64,000 nucleotides of DNA from Calcarisporiella thermophila CBS 279.70 (lineage: Eukaryota > Fungi > Calcarisporiellomycota). Position numbers and translations under genes: made by a program. Below are positions 36,235 to 49,762 of this stretch, in pieces. The stretch spans positions 1,440,610-1,504,609 of the forward strand of contig NW_027192191.1 in the NCBI RefSeq assembly GCF_041956535.1, given 5' to 3'. The notes below the pieces were generated by a model, which saw only the letters and a list, made by a program, of their open reading frames with translations, did not search any database and was not told where the DNA came from. Each line of letters opens with the position of its first letter. Position 1 is the stretch's first letter.

Positions 36235-37428
36235 ATGAAAGCATTGCTTCTATCAGGTCTGCTACTGCTGCTGTGCATCGGTGCATTCGTTTTGCAAACG
36301 GAGCTGACGCAGTGGGTGCAGAGAGGAGGAGACTATGCAAAACCTTATTTCATGCTGTAAGTTAGCATTGTGCAAAGCATTTTACGAAGAAACTCTATTA
36401 ACCAGACATCAATTAGATGGATATCGCACAGCTGCTACATCTTGCTCTTCCCTCTCCAACTTCTTTGGGAATATTTCTACCCTAATCCTAACCGGGTTAA
36501 GCTGTCAGCCCTCCAGCGGTATAGGCTGAAATTCCTTCGCTCTCTCAAGGAGCTCTCCCCACAATCTGAACATACTCCTCTTTCCACCTCCGAAAATGAC
36601 TACGCATATGCACAAATTCCTTTCACCAAGGGACATCTCGCGTACATTTTTAAAACTGTACTCTCTCTTTCCTTCCTGATCGCTCTGCCTTCTTTCCTTT
36701 GGTATACAGCGGTGGGCTTGACATCCACATCCAATCTCACCGCCATCTACAACACAGCATGCTTCTGGGCATACTTGTTTTCCGTATGGATGTTGAGTGA
36801 ACAAGTGCGCTGGGAGAAAAACATATCCGTGGTGTGCTGCATCTTGGGAGTTGGACTGATTGCCCTACTTGATCCTAAGCGTGACTTTGACACGCCGCCC
36901 CAGCAGCGCAGCGGAGAATTCCTTGGTAATCTTATTGCGGTTGTATGTGCAGCCACTTACGGCTTCTACGAAGTGTACTACAAGCTTTGGGCCTCCCCGC
37001 CTCTTCGTCCCTCCGTCCTATTTGCCAATACAATCACTGCGCTGATTGGCCTCGCTACGTTGCTTGTTCTTTGGATTCCCATCCCTTTGCTCCACTTCAC
37101 AGGATGGGAGCCCTTCCAGCTCCCGTCGCTGCAAACGTTCGGATACCTCTTTCTGGTTGCTTTGTCCGGAATCATGTTTAACGCAGCATTTATGTGTGTC
37201 ATTGCAATGACAAGCCCTGTGTATGCTGCTGTTGGGCAGATGCTTACCATTCCTGCGGTCGCGGTTGTGGATGCCATTGTGAAGGGACGGTCGCCCGAAA
37301 TCGGCACCGTTCTGGGGAGCGTAGCGATCATGTTGGGCTTTTGCGTGCTAACCTACGGAGTAAATAAGGAGGTGAAGGCGGTAGAAGAAATAGAGGACGA
37401 ACAGGAGGAGGATGCATCAAGCCCATAA
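36235..37428 (+). CDS. DMT/EamA transporter, SLC35F/Thi74-like
   Basis: About 10 TM helices; FVLQTELTQ…YAKPYFML|WISHS, TAIYNTACFWAYLFS, YGFYEVYYK, TSPVYAAVGQMLTIP. One intron. Confidence 0.82.
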
Positions 37429-37677
37429 ATTTCCTTTATTTTTGTATATTATTAAGATGATCTATCTTCTTTGTGTACTATCTTTTTTATCCTATAGATC
37501 AGGACCTTTTTTATGTATATTCTTTATAAATACTGCGTATTTGAACTTTGTGATATTTGATTCTGTCTGCCTTCCCCTTATTACACATGCATTCGTGACT
37601 ACTCTCGTGGCCAATTTAATAAACAACCTCTATTTGCCACTCGATTTTCTTTGCTTGACAAAGGAACTTTAGATAGC

Positions 37678-40600
37678 ATGTCGCATAATGATTTCCCAAG
37701 CTATGTCTGGCCTGAGCTGGATATTGGGGCTGGGAGTCTTGGGATGGCGACGCTAGAGTATGCCGGAGGGAGCCATGAATTCAGATTTTTAAATGACGAG
37801 AAAAGTGAGTGCAGTGCGTTGTGAAGCTCGAAAACGATGTATAATGTGGATATATCATTCTGATGCTTGCAGACTGCTGGCCTGTGCATCCCCGGTCGAG
37901 CATGAAAAGACTATTTCCAAGGAGCAGGGCTTACCCACCTTCGTCAATGCCTTACCCAACATTCCGTACCACTCCCAAGAAAGCAGTACGTACACTTATG
38001 GTTCATCCTTTTCATTAATGATACGATCCATTGACATTGCATACAAGACACAAAAATTTAAATCCAGTCATCCGGATCTAGGCATTCCCGAAGGCCTCTT
38101 GACGGAATATTTAAAGGAGGGGTTGGAGACACAACAGTTGGAGGAGCGTAGCCCTTTTAACGGAAATTTACTTGCAATTGGAGGATTTGGAGATGCCAGT
38201 GTGGGGTTTGCAGCTTTTCCAATGGGAGAAGCAAATTTGTCACTAAGTAATTATAAATACAGATTAAATATCCCTAGTAGCATGATTTTATATATTCATT
38301 ATTTCGACAGATGTTTCGCGTCTCGTGTTGGATGAGGAATGTGCCGATAAACGAACCTTTTACTTTCACCCAACCCCGCATTCTACTCACCACTTCCGTA
38401 CTCCCATCAGGCAAATTGCTTCCCTAGCAGAGGAACGTACTGACCGGTCAGCGGGGCCATGGCCACTATTGGTGCGAACAATGGGGGCAGTGAATTTTTT
38501 CAAGGTTGAGGACGACCGATATATAGACGGATTCAATGTTAAACTAGTAGAGAGTATGGGTAGAGAAGATTTCGCTGGTGAGAGTTGGCCTGTGCATGTG
38601 GCGCTGTCCCCCTATGGAGGATGGGGTGCAGCAGATGCCGCAATAATGGCAAGAGATGGGCATCTATACTTCTGGAGGAATGAGTTTAAGGGTGATAGGT
38701 AAACTTTCAAATACTTTTGGGCTATGTCACCGTTCATATCATGATATCTTTTAGATTTGAGCTGGTTCGCCCTCCAGATGCAATAGCACCCTTCGATGAT
38801 GCCATTGACACGTGGGACGATGCTAGGTCCTGGATGACATGCGAGTTTGGGCGCCACCCACTGTGCCTATATCGTGCGCATCAAAAAGGAGTTGACCTTA
38901 TTGACCTGCGAGTACGTACTCATCTGGTGGTTCCAAATCCTCATTTACCTGAATAATAACTCCTGTTTTAGACACGAGATGTAGCAACCTTAATGAAGTT
39001 GGATACCGATCCCTTGTGTGCATTACGTCGCATCCCTGTTCCGTACTCAAATCAATTTGTGGTTGCGACGGAAAAGCGGCTTTCTATCTATGACCAGCGC
39101 TATAATGCCCGGCCGTTATTGAGCTGGTCACATTTCAATGCGTTTACTCGTGGTGGGCTGGAGCTGGTTGCGTATGAGAACGAGCAAGAAACACAAGGTA
39201 AATGCACATATAAGTCGGGACTATACGATATACTTTGGCGCTGAACGATATTATTCCATTTTACCCTGCTGACTCTAGTCACGATTCTCGGCTGGTCCAA
39301 GGAGGTCCCTCTAATAACGGCCCACCAGTACCTCCATTCCGCTAATCCCGACTCAGCCAACATACTGCATCCACCCTTCTCTTGTGGGGACCGCATTGCC
39401 TTGCCCTTCTTCCGCGAACACCCTTACTTTGCCTCTTGTCCCAATCCAATGGAATATATACCACCCGGGATGCATGTTCGGCAGTATTCATACAACCCGT
39501 TGCCACCACTTGGAGGAATCGCTTCGATAAAAGGGAGATTGGCAGTCGCGAGAGAAAGAAAGAGAAGTGTTGGTGAAGGATTAATGGAGATTGATGAGGA
39601 AAAAAGCGAGTCGCAATTTACACTGATGCAGCTTGCTGAGGACGGCAGCGTGTATGCTCAAACGTTTGGATTTGGTGTGCAAAACGAGCCGAGCGATGGA
39701 ACCGGCACACTGCGAGCCGACGAAGATTTTATGATGCCAGAGGAACTTCAAGCTATCGAGGCGAAAGTCACCCAAGAGACTTGGAGAGTCGCAAATGAGA
39801 TGGAAGTAAAGCAGAATCGGATCATTGATTTTCGGCCCGGATTATCAAGTAAGTGCAGCACGAATTCGTTTAAGAAATATGGCATAGAGCTTAAACTACT
39901 TTTCACCCATTAAGTTATAAGCCAATATCTTCGCAGAGGCAATCACCCAAACTTTTCTCCTGACTGGGAGCACGTCTCTCCTCAAGAGAAAGATGCACTT
40001 GTGGCGGATGCTACCCATAAGGTCGCCCTTCGCGCGGTTGCATTTCTTCGAGCCCACGGCACGCCATTGAGCCTGCATGACCTTGCAACCCCCAACATCG
40101 CCCCGGAGTCAACGCCCGATCTCGACTCATGTCCCTCTGATTTAACAGCAACCATGGAAGGGACGCTCACTACCGCATTTCGGCCCAAAATTAATCTTTC
40201 ATTGTTGGACGAGGAGAGCCCATTTTACAAAGAAGTTGAAATGTGTGATTGGACCCTTCTACGGGAGCTATTGCGGGAAATCTCAGAGGAGGAGAGCGAA
40301 GAGTTTGTGTTTGAGGCCCTGGAAATACCAGTATTTGGAGTCTTTTGGGGACTACCTCGCCCACCGCCTGAAGAAATGGAGGGTCTGGGGGGCGACCAAG
40401 GGATTAAGAAAATACTACGCGCGTTAGAGAGGATTTATCCGCCCCCAAACGAAGAGGTATTGGAAGAAATTAATGAAGAATTTCAGCATAGAGATATTGC
40501 GATGGGAGGTGAAGAGAGCGCCACATGGGAAGGTGAGAGTGACAAAGACAGCGACCAAGGCTCCATCGAGCTTGGCATCGCCCCCGACCTCGATAAGGAA

Positions 40601-41656
40601 CGCCGCCATCGTCTTTTGTTCTCTAACGAAGATCGAGTCATTAGAGCACGTCGTGTCGCACTACACACGCTCGCGCGTGATATCTTTCTCTCCTCGCGAA
40701 TCCTATTCCGTCGTCGCAAGACCCGCGCCGAACGAGATGGGTTTGTTCCAGCCTCGCAAATCAGTCCCGAAGAAACTTGGCAGCTGGAGGCTAATGAGGA
40801 ACTCTTTACTCATCTGGCACCAGGCGGCGAAATGAATATAGAAGAAGAGCTAATCAGGCACTTTAAGATTGATCTGGGCGAAGATGGAGAGGAAGAAAAT
40901 GAAGAAGCGCTGTTTGTAAGAAGGAGAGCGCCTCGCAGTGAAGAAGAAGACAGCGAGCCATCCTCCCCAGAATTACTAGGACTGACAGCATCGGATTCGC
41001 CCACATTAACCCCTCGATATTTATCTCCTTCGCCCCCCCCTCCCTCCGATCCTTCCCTAGCATTTCTGACCCCCAATATCATCCAAGATGAAGGCAACGT
41101 GTCCCAGAGCTCAAGAGAGAAGCCTTCCGCTGCACCTGATCCAACCACCCTTCAACTTGCACGTGCCTGGAAAATTGGCGAGGATCCGGATCCCAGTGTA
41201 TTTGATGTATTTTTCGAGCAAATAGCGAAGCTGTCGGGCAATGAACACTATGTAAGAAGGAGTCGTGGTATCAAGGAAGAGGATACTATCATTTATGAAG
41301 AGGATATGGAGGATGAGCCCGAGGCAGCACTCCCAGAGGTCATGAGTTCCCAAGTTATTCCGGCGTCGCAGCCCCTAAATGAGGGTAGATATGGTGGAGC
41401 AAAATCACCCGCAAGCTCAAGGAAAAAGAAAGAAAAGGCAGTATCCTTCCTGATAGATGAGGAGACGTATCCTTCATCTCCCATGTTTTTGACCCAGCAG
41501 CCCATCCCTCGGGAGGAGATCTGGAAAGATACGATGGAAATACCTGAGGGCGATTGGGGATCGACGCAAGTGTCGGCCAGTCAACCTCTACCCTCTACAT
41601 CAGCAGCAACGCCAAAGAAGAAGAAGAAGAAACGCCAGTCGGTACAAGGGTTTTAA
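37678..41656 (+). CDS. RRN6: RNA polymerase I core factor subunit Rrn6/TAF1C-like
   Basis: Beta-propeller motifs (WMTCEFGRHP…VDLIDLR, IYDQRYNARPLLSWSH, QLAEDGSVYAQ), LARAWKIGEDP, SQ-rich tail ending KKKKKKRQSVQGF. Confidence 0.75.
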
Positions 41657-41863
41657 CTTTTTTTTTCAAAACTCCTCTATAGATTGAAATCCGCGCCGAG
41701 CTTACCTCTTGTATTTATATTTCCTTTTTTTTTTCATTGCAATTTCGAACCCTTTGGAGTTATTTACACGTCACATTCAATTTTTCTCCCGTTTTATCCT
41801 TTCATCTTTTGATCGCCAGGAAATCATCGGTCATTTCCTCTATACCATAATAAGAATATAGGG

Positions 41864-43205
41864 ATGATTTGTCTACATCGTCATAAGGCCATTGCGTTGG
41901 CGTGTATATTGCTCTTTTCACATATTACGCTCTCTGATGCCGACTCAAGATACCCTCCCCTTCAAAGAGTCAATCATGCATCTCAAAGGAGCCTCGATGC
42001 ATTAGACGAGCGAATAGAACCGCTATTGAGGCGTGAGGGGTTGAATACCAACGCGCTGGTAAGTTTTTCGATTCATTTTATATATTTTGTTTGATTGGCC
42101 CGATGCTCAAACACTCGAATCGTATTTTACAATTACTCAATCTAGCCATTACGAATCCGTACAAGACGACAAGAAGCTAACGCAGTTAAAGAGGCCGAAG
42201 TCCAAAACTCATCTACTGAATCGTCAAACGATATAAAAGAACAGTCTCTCCAAGGAGCGGACCAGAAAGTTGATGGCACACACCAGAATACAAAGGCAGA
42301 CGGATCGGCTCCAGGTGCTGTTCCCCCGCAACGTATGCCTGAGGCCAAACCAGATGGTGCTAATAACCCTTCTCCTCAGGAGAAGCAGAATGGAGATACA
42401 CAGGGTAATTCCAGTGAACAAAACACTGATCTGCAAAAGGAGCCTAACGGCGCTAAAAACGAACAAAAGCCTGGTGACTCGGAAGAAAACCATCAATCTG
42501 CCGACGACAGCGAGGAAGACAATGCAAATGGCGAAGAGCAGCAACAAAAACAAGACACAGATACATCCCCCGGTGAAAGTGAAGATGGCGAGGAGCCCTC
42601 CAGCGAGGACGAAAGCCAAACGCTTCCTGGAGATGATACCGTGGAGCCGCCGTCGTCGCCATCGATCTTGGGAGGATATGAGAAATTGGGAGGGGAATTT
42701 AACTTCGTGCTATTTATTCTCTTTGTTGTCGTCGTTGTCTTATTTACCTACAAGCCTAGCCGGAGAGCGATTTTCAACGTAAATATCACGTCCTCAATTT
42801 CCTGTCCCCTACCTTTGCTGGCCCCTCCCATCTAACCCTACTTTCCATCCTATATAGAAAATATTCTCTCTCTTTAGCCGCGCGAAAAAAGGATATCAAC
42901 ACGTGGCTCGTAGTGAAGATGAATACGCACTCCCAACTGTACATCGGTCTTCCACCCCTACCACCACCATGAATGGATCACAGGATGCCTCGTGGGCAAT
43001 TGACATGTCGGATCAGTTCGAGAGTGGGGGCGGAACGACAGTCACGGCCACCGGAGTGATAAAAAACAAACAGCTAAACGGGGCAAGAACCCACCGTGCA
43101 AACAGCACCAGTGCAAAAAATGCAGCAGCCGAGGGGGGGAAGGCCAACTCAAAGGCAGACGCAGTAGAGTGGGACGACTGGGGAAAGGATGACGATGAGT
43201 GGTGA
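41864..43205 (+). CDS. Type I single-pass membrane protein with acidic low-complexity ectodomain (TGN38-like layout)
   Basis: Signal peptide, Q/E/D/S-rich lumenal region, TM FVLFILFVVVVVLF, cytosolic GYQHV, ending EWDDWGKDDDEW. Two introns. Confidence 0.65.
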
Positions 43206-43734
43206 GGGAAACCCAACATGGATTTCATAGTGTTGTAGTATTTTATTTTCATATTAGAACTGATTTTTAACACTCTCCATCCAACTATTATTATTATATT
43301 CTCTCTTAATCAATAATTCATTGACTCTGTACTCTCCCAAGACCCCCCCCCCCCCTATTTTCTCCACCTTTCTAGATGGTGCTTTGTAGGTGAAGATATG
43401 GGCTACTCTTGAACCCCTGCTTGGTCACGGCTTGGATATAAAATAATACTTATTTATTCGGTTTTCATGTTAGAAGAGACGAGACACTTTTCTATATATA
43501 TATTTAAGAGAGAGAAAAAAAGCTTATGCCACCTAATTCTACAGCCAACTTTCTCGGAAACTCGACGTTATTTACAGTTGCATTGAATACCAACCGATAA
43601 ATGAAAACAACAAAGCCAATGGTTTGCGGAATCCCTTCAATGCTCCACCTCAACATATACTTAGCGGTTATCATCAGGGTCGAGTCATTTATACCGGATA
43701 TCTACAGAGCAAAATACAGGGTAAAATCTCCACC

Positions 43735-44397
43735 TCAATCGTCGCGCCCCTGCTCTTTCCCCTCTAGGTATCCTCCCGGGATACGTCTCCGGAATACGAA
43801 GCGCTCCATGCTGACGACGATCATGGTAACAATATAGACAAGAAACACCACGCCAATGCCCAAACTCAGCACAAAGCTGAAGGCAGCCATCGATAGCCAT
43901 GCAGTAGTGGACCGCTGTTTTCTCTCGTGTCCTGGACGAGCCATGGTGGGGGTCAGAGACTGCTGCAAGCGCTGCTCGATCCTGGCAGCACGAAGAGAGG
44001 CCCACGCGGGGCGATGCGTTTTGGTAGCATTGTGGTGAGTATGGTTTCCTTTGTGGGTCGAGTTGAACAGCGGAGTATTGATACTGGCTGTGGGGATTGT
44101 CTTAATAGTAGTGACGGGATCGCCGTCCTCGTCCACGATCACTATCTTGTCTTTCGAGGGCTCGTCCTTGCTGCCTTGGCTATGTGGGTCCTGAAAGATA
44201 ACCATGTGGTGTGAGCTGTCCACTTCGGATTCGGAGTCCTCGCTCTGGTCGTCTGTCTCCTCATCTCTCGCAACCAGGGCTCTCGTAGGTTTCGTGGCGA
44301 CGGTACAGTCGGTGCAGGAGGAAGTCAGCCCGCTGACTACTTGGTGGTGGAAGAGCAGCGAGAGCATAAATACAAGAAGAACCACCGATTTTATCAT
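43735..44397 (-). CDS. Hypothetical single-pass membrane protein with signal peptide
   Basis: Hydrophobic N-terminus, acidic/His-rich middle, long C-terminal hydrophobic segment, RRRIPGGY tail. Confidence 0.6.
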   Translation of the reverse strand: MIKSVVLLVFMLSLLFHHQVVSGLTSSCTDCTVATKPTRALVARDEETDDQSEDSESEVDSSHHMVIFQDPHSQGSKDEPSKDKIVIVDEDGDPVTTIKTIPTASINTPLFNSTHKGNHTHHNATKTHRPAWASLRAARIEQRLQQSLTPTMARPGHERKQRSTTAWLSMAAFSFVLSLGIGVVFLVYIVTMIVVSMERFVFRRRIPGGYLEGKEQGRDD

Positions 44398-44951
44398 TAT
44401 AGAGCTTGTGTGAGAGGAAGGCCAGGAGTATGGAGGGCGAAAAACAAAATTAATTGTTCCTTAAACGCGAATACAATTTAATTATAGATCCAAATCGAAG
44501 TGAAAACGGGGCATTTTATTTCAACTCAGAATAAAAACAAATTTTCCTCCGATTGACAAAAGGCTGAAAGGACGGAGAAATTACCAGATCCGAATCCCCC
44601 TATTGACTTATTCTGTTTATTATTACAGCTTAGCAGAGGGCTAAAACAAAATTCCAGTACGCGCAATCTTATTTTTTTTTCAGTATATGCCTCGGTCGCA
44701 TTATTTACTGCCTCCGTAGGATATTGGGCATGCGCAGCATAGCGTTCGCGATATTAGAATGAATAATCTTTTTCCCCTAAAGTTTATTATTTTCACGGAA
44801 ACCTTCCCGAAGGAGGAAGGCTAAGCCACTATTTTGTTGATTTTTCGAAGCTTTTTTATTTTAGCTTATCCAAATTTTCTTTGAATGTGCTGGGAATCTC
44901 GCACGAATCGATTTGTTATTTCTAATCCCTCTCTAACGCATAGACACCTTA

Positions 44952-46085
44952 ATGACCATCATTTCCTCGCCCTCTCCTAAGGCTGCCCCCTATTCGGCCC
45001 TCTCTTCTGTGAGTGAGCCCCCACTCCTGGACGTGACTGGCCGTCCCTCTTTAGAGGAAGAGCGCCCCATGCTTGAGACATTCGACCCTTCTGCATCTTC
45101 GGCCTCCGCCTCGGCTCCCAATGGGAAGCCTTCCCCCGCCTCTGACGAAGAAGTGTGTCCCACCTGTGCCACTATTTTGCCTGCGGGAACTCTCCCAGCG
45201 GATCTGACGACCGATGACGAATCGATTTTTTCTCCGTCCACCCGAAGTGACGCCCTGGTATACCCGAATGTTGGAAATTTATTGTGGGAGGCTGGATATA
45301 CTCTTTCCGATGTGCGGCTCACTTTCGATGATGGAGGACGCATGGCAGAGCGATCCGGCATACCTCCCCAGCTCTGGCTTCATTCACTGATTCTCTGCCA
45401 GTCTGAGTTTTTCCGCAAGCAACTGACTAGCCGTACAAGGCCCCTCCCCGCGAGACCGCGACATATTGTAGTGAAGGTTCCGCCAGGGGTAACCAAAGAG
45501 GATATGCTGCACTTCTACGTGGCCCTGAAGCTGATTTACACCAAAGCGTGGGCAGCCGAGTTGAAGGACGACCTTAGAATGGGGTGTGGGGTGCTTTCCG
45601 TATGCTACGAGATTGGGTTTGCAGAGGGAATGGAGGAGGTATTGTGTTTGACTTTTGAGATCATTCGCGTGTCTCCATCCCAGACTAACGATGACCTCTG
45701 TATCCTTGCACCGTAGGTTTGGCGCTGGGTGATGCTAAAATGTCACCGGGAAAGGAACCGCGAGATGATGCAAAGACTCATCGAGGCTTACCCCTCTCTC
45801 TACAAGAAATTCGCGGCACCCCCCTCCCTGTACAATGCGCCTGCTCGCACAGGAGCAACCGTTGGCCTCACAAGACGGACCAGCTCAACAAGACGAAGAG
45901 CGCGGGTACAACGGCATCGGAGGAGTTTGCAGAGGGCCAGAGGCTCTGTGGAGTTGAACGCCGAGGAAATAGAAGGGATCATGGAGGAGACTGAGGAGGG
46001 GCCGAGAAGCCCCGGGGTGGCAAGAGGGGTTGAGAGATTGCCTTCCACAGCGCCGCATCCGTTCGAGCGGTATCGCAGGGCATAG
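44952..46085 (+). CDS. BTB/POZ-like domain protein
   Basis: SDVRLTF…LWLHSLILCQSEFFRKQL…FYVALKLIYT pattern. One intron ~45639-45716. Confidence 0.7.
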
Positions 46086-46558
46086 AACTCTATTTTGGTA
46101 CGCCAGGAGAAGGTCTTCGCAAGCATTCTTATTTTTTTTTACTTCCGACGGCGTAACCACGTTGTCGGTCGACTCCGCACATTCATATCTCTAGTTAAGT
46201 TTCAATCGGCATTTAGCACTCCGGGATACTCTGCGTTCCAGCTGAAAGAGTCATCTCGACTGGTGATGCAAACCCAACATGGCTTTTCATATCCTGTTTC
46301 TCTCTGGATGTTCATTGCGCTCTTCAATCAATTCCGATTTCCCTATCACGTTTTCAAGAGGCGCAGCACTGTTGAGTCGTTGTGTACCCTCTAAAGATAA
46401 CGAAATTTTGACAAAATATTTATCAACTTTTTCTGTAGTCCATCCTTTTCTTTCTACGATTTTAATTTAAATAGACAAGCATTTCTCCGATATACCTGGC
46501 CAGAAGGCTATAGCCTCTTTTGCTTGCATTACGCTTAGCTTGAAGGAGGAAAATAAGA

Positions 46559-47498
46559 ATGCCCGAGCCTATCTTTGAGCCCATCCAAGTCAACCTCTCT
46601 CGGCCCATCTCGAAGCTTTACACGAAATCGCAGAATGGCTCAAACACCCACAGCTCCTCTTCCTCGGCCCCAAACCATTCCAGCCTTTCCTCTGACAATT
46701 CCGCATTCGGTCCCCCATGCCCCCTTCCTATCACCCCCTCTGTACCCTCCTCTCGCAAATCTCGACAGCCTCAACCTCCCCTTCGCCCACCCACGCTGAC
46801 TCGATTTCGCCCCGCTCTCAGAACCTCATTTTTGCTCGAGTACTCGATCCACTCGTGCCCAAGGCGACTTGTTTCCGAGATAAAATATGTGTTTCCGAAT
46901 ATAGAGCTGGAGCAGCTGCTTATTGTCCCGACCTTCCAGAGGACAAGATACGACTTGGTGGAGTGGGGTGAGCCGGTGGCCAAGGAAAAAGACGAGAAAC
47001 TGGAAAATGTGAGCGCTTGAACTTGATTGTAGAGGTTTGATAAGCCTAACCTTAGAACCGATGTATAGTTTGTAGCTTGGGGCTCCGCGGTGGTGGAGTA
47101 TATGCGTGCTCAGGGATTTTGGGCTGACATCACAGACCCGTGCTCTGGCTTTCCGGTGCGTTTTATCCTGTTCTTCCCTTTCTTATCTTCGATTCAATTC
47201 TAAACGCCTCCTGCGATTTTTTTTTCTCGATCACTAGATGTTCACCGAGCATGGCCCTTCGCCCTATCCCGATGTCTCTGGCATTGAGCAACTTTTGCGC
47301 TATGATACACTGAACACCGGTTGCTGTAAAGTAGTCTTACACCCACGCTGGGGCAGCCGAATGTATCCGGCTACATTGTTCACAACGGCGCCACTCGAGG
47401 CTCTGACGGAAGCGATTGACGCCGTTGGATGCACACGCGGACTGGGGGGTGGGGAGGACGAGGAGGAGACGGACGAGCACGAGGGCGAGGAGAAGTGA
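46559..47498 (+). CDS. MMADHC: Cobalamin trafficking protein CblD (MMADHC) homolog
   Basis: LEYSIHSCP…VFP…TFQRT…EKDEKLEN|F…GFWADITDPCSGFP|…GCCKVVLHPRWGSRMYPATLFTTAP, the CblD signature. Two introns. Confidence 0.92.
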
Positions 47499-48415
47499 CA
47501 CGCCGTGTAGAATAGGGTTGAACAGCTGTGTTATATTAGCGATGTTTTGGACGCTTTCACTTTATAATCTTCTAGAAATATTAGACTACACTCTTTAGTT
47601 CCTCATTTAATAACCACCTTTTCTGTCTTATATCCCCACTTTTTTGTTTAAAAGTGGTTGATGGTTTCTCGGTTGTTTTTTTCTGATTTCATGCTAATGG
47701 CCCGCCACGACTATGCTAATCACGAAGGAAAATAGCGATGGAGAAACATAATGGCGATGGCTGTCATTCCACTCAATGCTGAAACCTTCTCACACCGCCC
47801 GAGCAGAACAAGTACCCTGAAATGATCAGCAATGAGCTAAAAAGTCCGCACAAAATTGGTTCTTGTCCCACCATCACCGCTTTTCAGCTTTCCCATTTTT
47901 TTTTGTTGTTTTCTCTTCTACAAGCATTAGAAACCTTTTTTTTTTCTTCCAAGGAAAACTTCTTATCTCTCTCAACTCCATTCCCGCCGCCGGCCTGGAA
48001 ACGCATTTCTTTTTTTTTTTTCCCCAAAGTAAAAAGGAATTAGTCTGGGATTCAAGAGAGGTTTGTATTCTCTGCTGGCAGTTATTCGAACCCTGACCAA
48101 GAATTCGAAATGTATTCTAATACTTCTGTTGCCTTCTCGTGATCTTTAGGAAGGCGCTTCTTTTTCTTTTCATTCCACTCTCTCTTTTTCATTTCCTTCT
48201 CATTTTCCCCTTCCCCTTTTCTCAATCTGGCTGCTTTCATACAATTGGCTTGTTTTGGCATCACACTCCTATTTTTTTTGGGCCTAGCATTCTAATTATT
48301 CATATCACCACTTCCTAACCCTCTCCCTTTGGTATTCAATCTGGCTTAATTTATCTCTCCTTTTTTGTTGATTATAATTCCTTCTAATTTTATTCTATCC
48401 TGATTCTGACTCAGC

Positions 48416-49681
48416 ATGGAAACCAGAGATCAAAACAGCTTCTTCTCCATCGTTGATCGGTCACCCGCCGAGCGCACGGACATTCCCCCTCTTGCATTCG
48501 ACAACCTCTCGGGCCGTAGCACTCCCTCCGAGCATTCTCAATTCGGTGGCTCACCCTCAAGTCCCACGCCACCCACCACCGCCATGAGCAGCGCAACCTG
48601 GCTGTGCAGTACCGCGGCAGCCACTGCCCCCCCTTCATCCAGTACCAAAAGTGCTGCGGCTGTGTTTGAGGCACAACTACGGGGGACTCAATGGGGATGG
48701 GATAATCCGAGTCCTGTCCCGGATTATCAGCGGAGATCAAGTGCGGCATGGCTGCACCTGAATGGGCACACGCCCCAAAACGGCGGAGGCACCGGGAGAA
48801 GGGGGAGCGATTCGTCGGAAAACTCCTCCAGATTGAGCAGTGGAGCTGAAGACGAGAAGCAACAAGGCACGAGGAAGGTTCGAGGCGAGCTCTGGCGGAC
48901 AGAGATGTGTAGGACGATGCTGGAGAAGGGCCACTGCCCGTAAGTAGTGCTCCAACATGTCTATTGCCAGAGGATACACCCCCGACTAACCTGATGCTTC
49001 CACTTCAGATATAGCAACAAATGCGAGTACGCCCATTCAAAAGCCGAGCTACGCCCCATATACCGCCCGTGGAATTACAAGACAAAGCTCTGCCGCACCT
49101 TCCACGAAAAGGGCCACTGCCCTTACGGTAAACGCTGCCACTATCTCCACACGGGGAGTCCCGATGAAATCCCATCCAACGTCATTATCTGGCCACGGCA
49201 GCCTTCCGCCAGTAACGGCCAAGCCAACCATTCCAATCGGCCTCCGCAAGCGGACGAGCAGATGGGGCGCAGGTTCTCGATGCCCGCTATCCAGCCCCGG
49301 CCCATCTCGCCCATGGGCGCCGATCTCGTGGGCCGGCGCCCCCTTCCAATCCATCGGCCCATCTCTCCCATCTCGCCCCCCGTGTCTAAGGACATGCTTC
49401 CACTCGATCAGATGCTTTTGCGACGAGGGAGTGACAACACCTCCCTCTCGCGCATGCACATTCGCCCCTTTGCCCGCGAGGATGAATCCCTCTTTTCCCA
49501 CCACCCCGTGCGTAGCCACTCTGAAAATGGCAATATGCATCTGTTTTCGGACGCCTCGGAGCATTCGCTCCCCCCACCGGCAACTCGCATTCTTCCGCGG
49601 GACCTCATGGAGGAACTGATCCCTTCACATCCAACGCGCCCGTCGCAACTGCGATCCTGCGTGTTCCCTTTCAATGAATAG
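48416..49681 (+). CDS. Tandem CCCH zinc-finger ARE-binding protein (TTP/ZFP36, Cth1/Cth2, Zfs1 family)
   Basis: LWRTEMCRTMLEKGHCP|YSNKCEYAH and YKTKLCRTFHEKGHCPYGKRCHYLH (Cx8Cx5Cx3H twice). Intron 48940-49008. Confidence 0.92.
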
Positions 49682-49743
49682 GCTGCTGTAAACCATGGAG
49701 TTGCCTGGGGCAACCAGACTCTTTTCTTTCTTGCCTGAAACTT

Positions 49744-49762
49744 TTTATTTTATTATTTATTG
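49744..49762 (+). promoter_or_regulatory. AU-rich element in the 3' UTR of the TTP-family gene
   Basis: UUAUUUAUU nonamer at 49753-49761 in a U-rich tract; further AUUUA near 49892 and 49949. Confidence 0.55.

Noticed and set aside
17094-37428. Thiamine gene cluster (DUR31-like plus Thi74/SLC35F-like)
   Set aside because: 17 kb apart with unrelated genes between; SLC35F substrate unknown and no aptamer seen near it.
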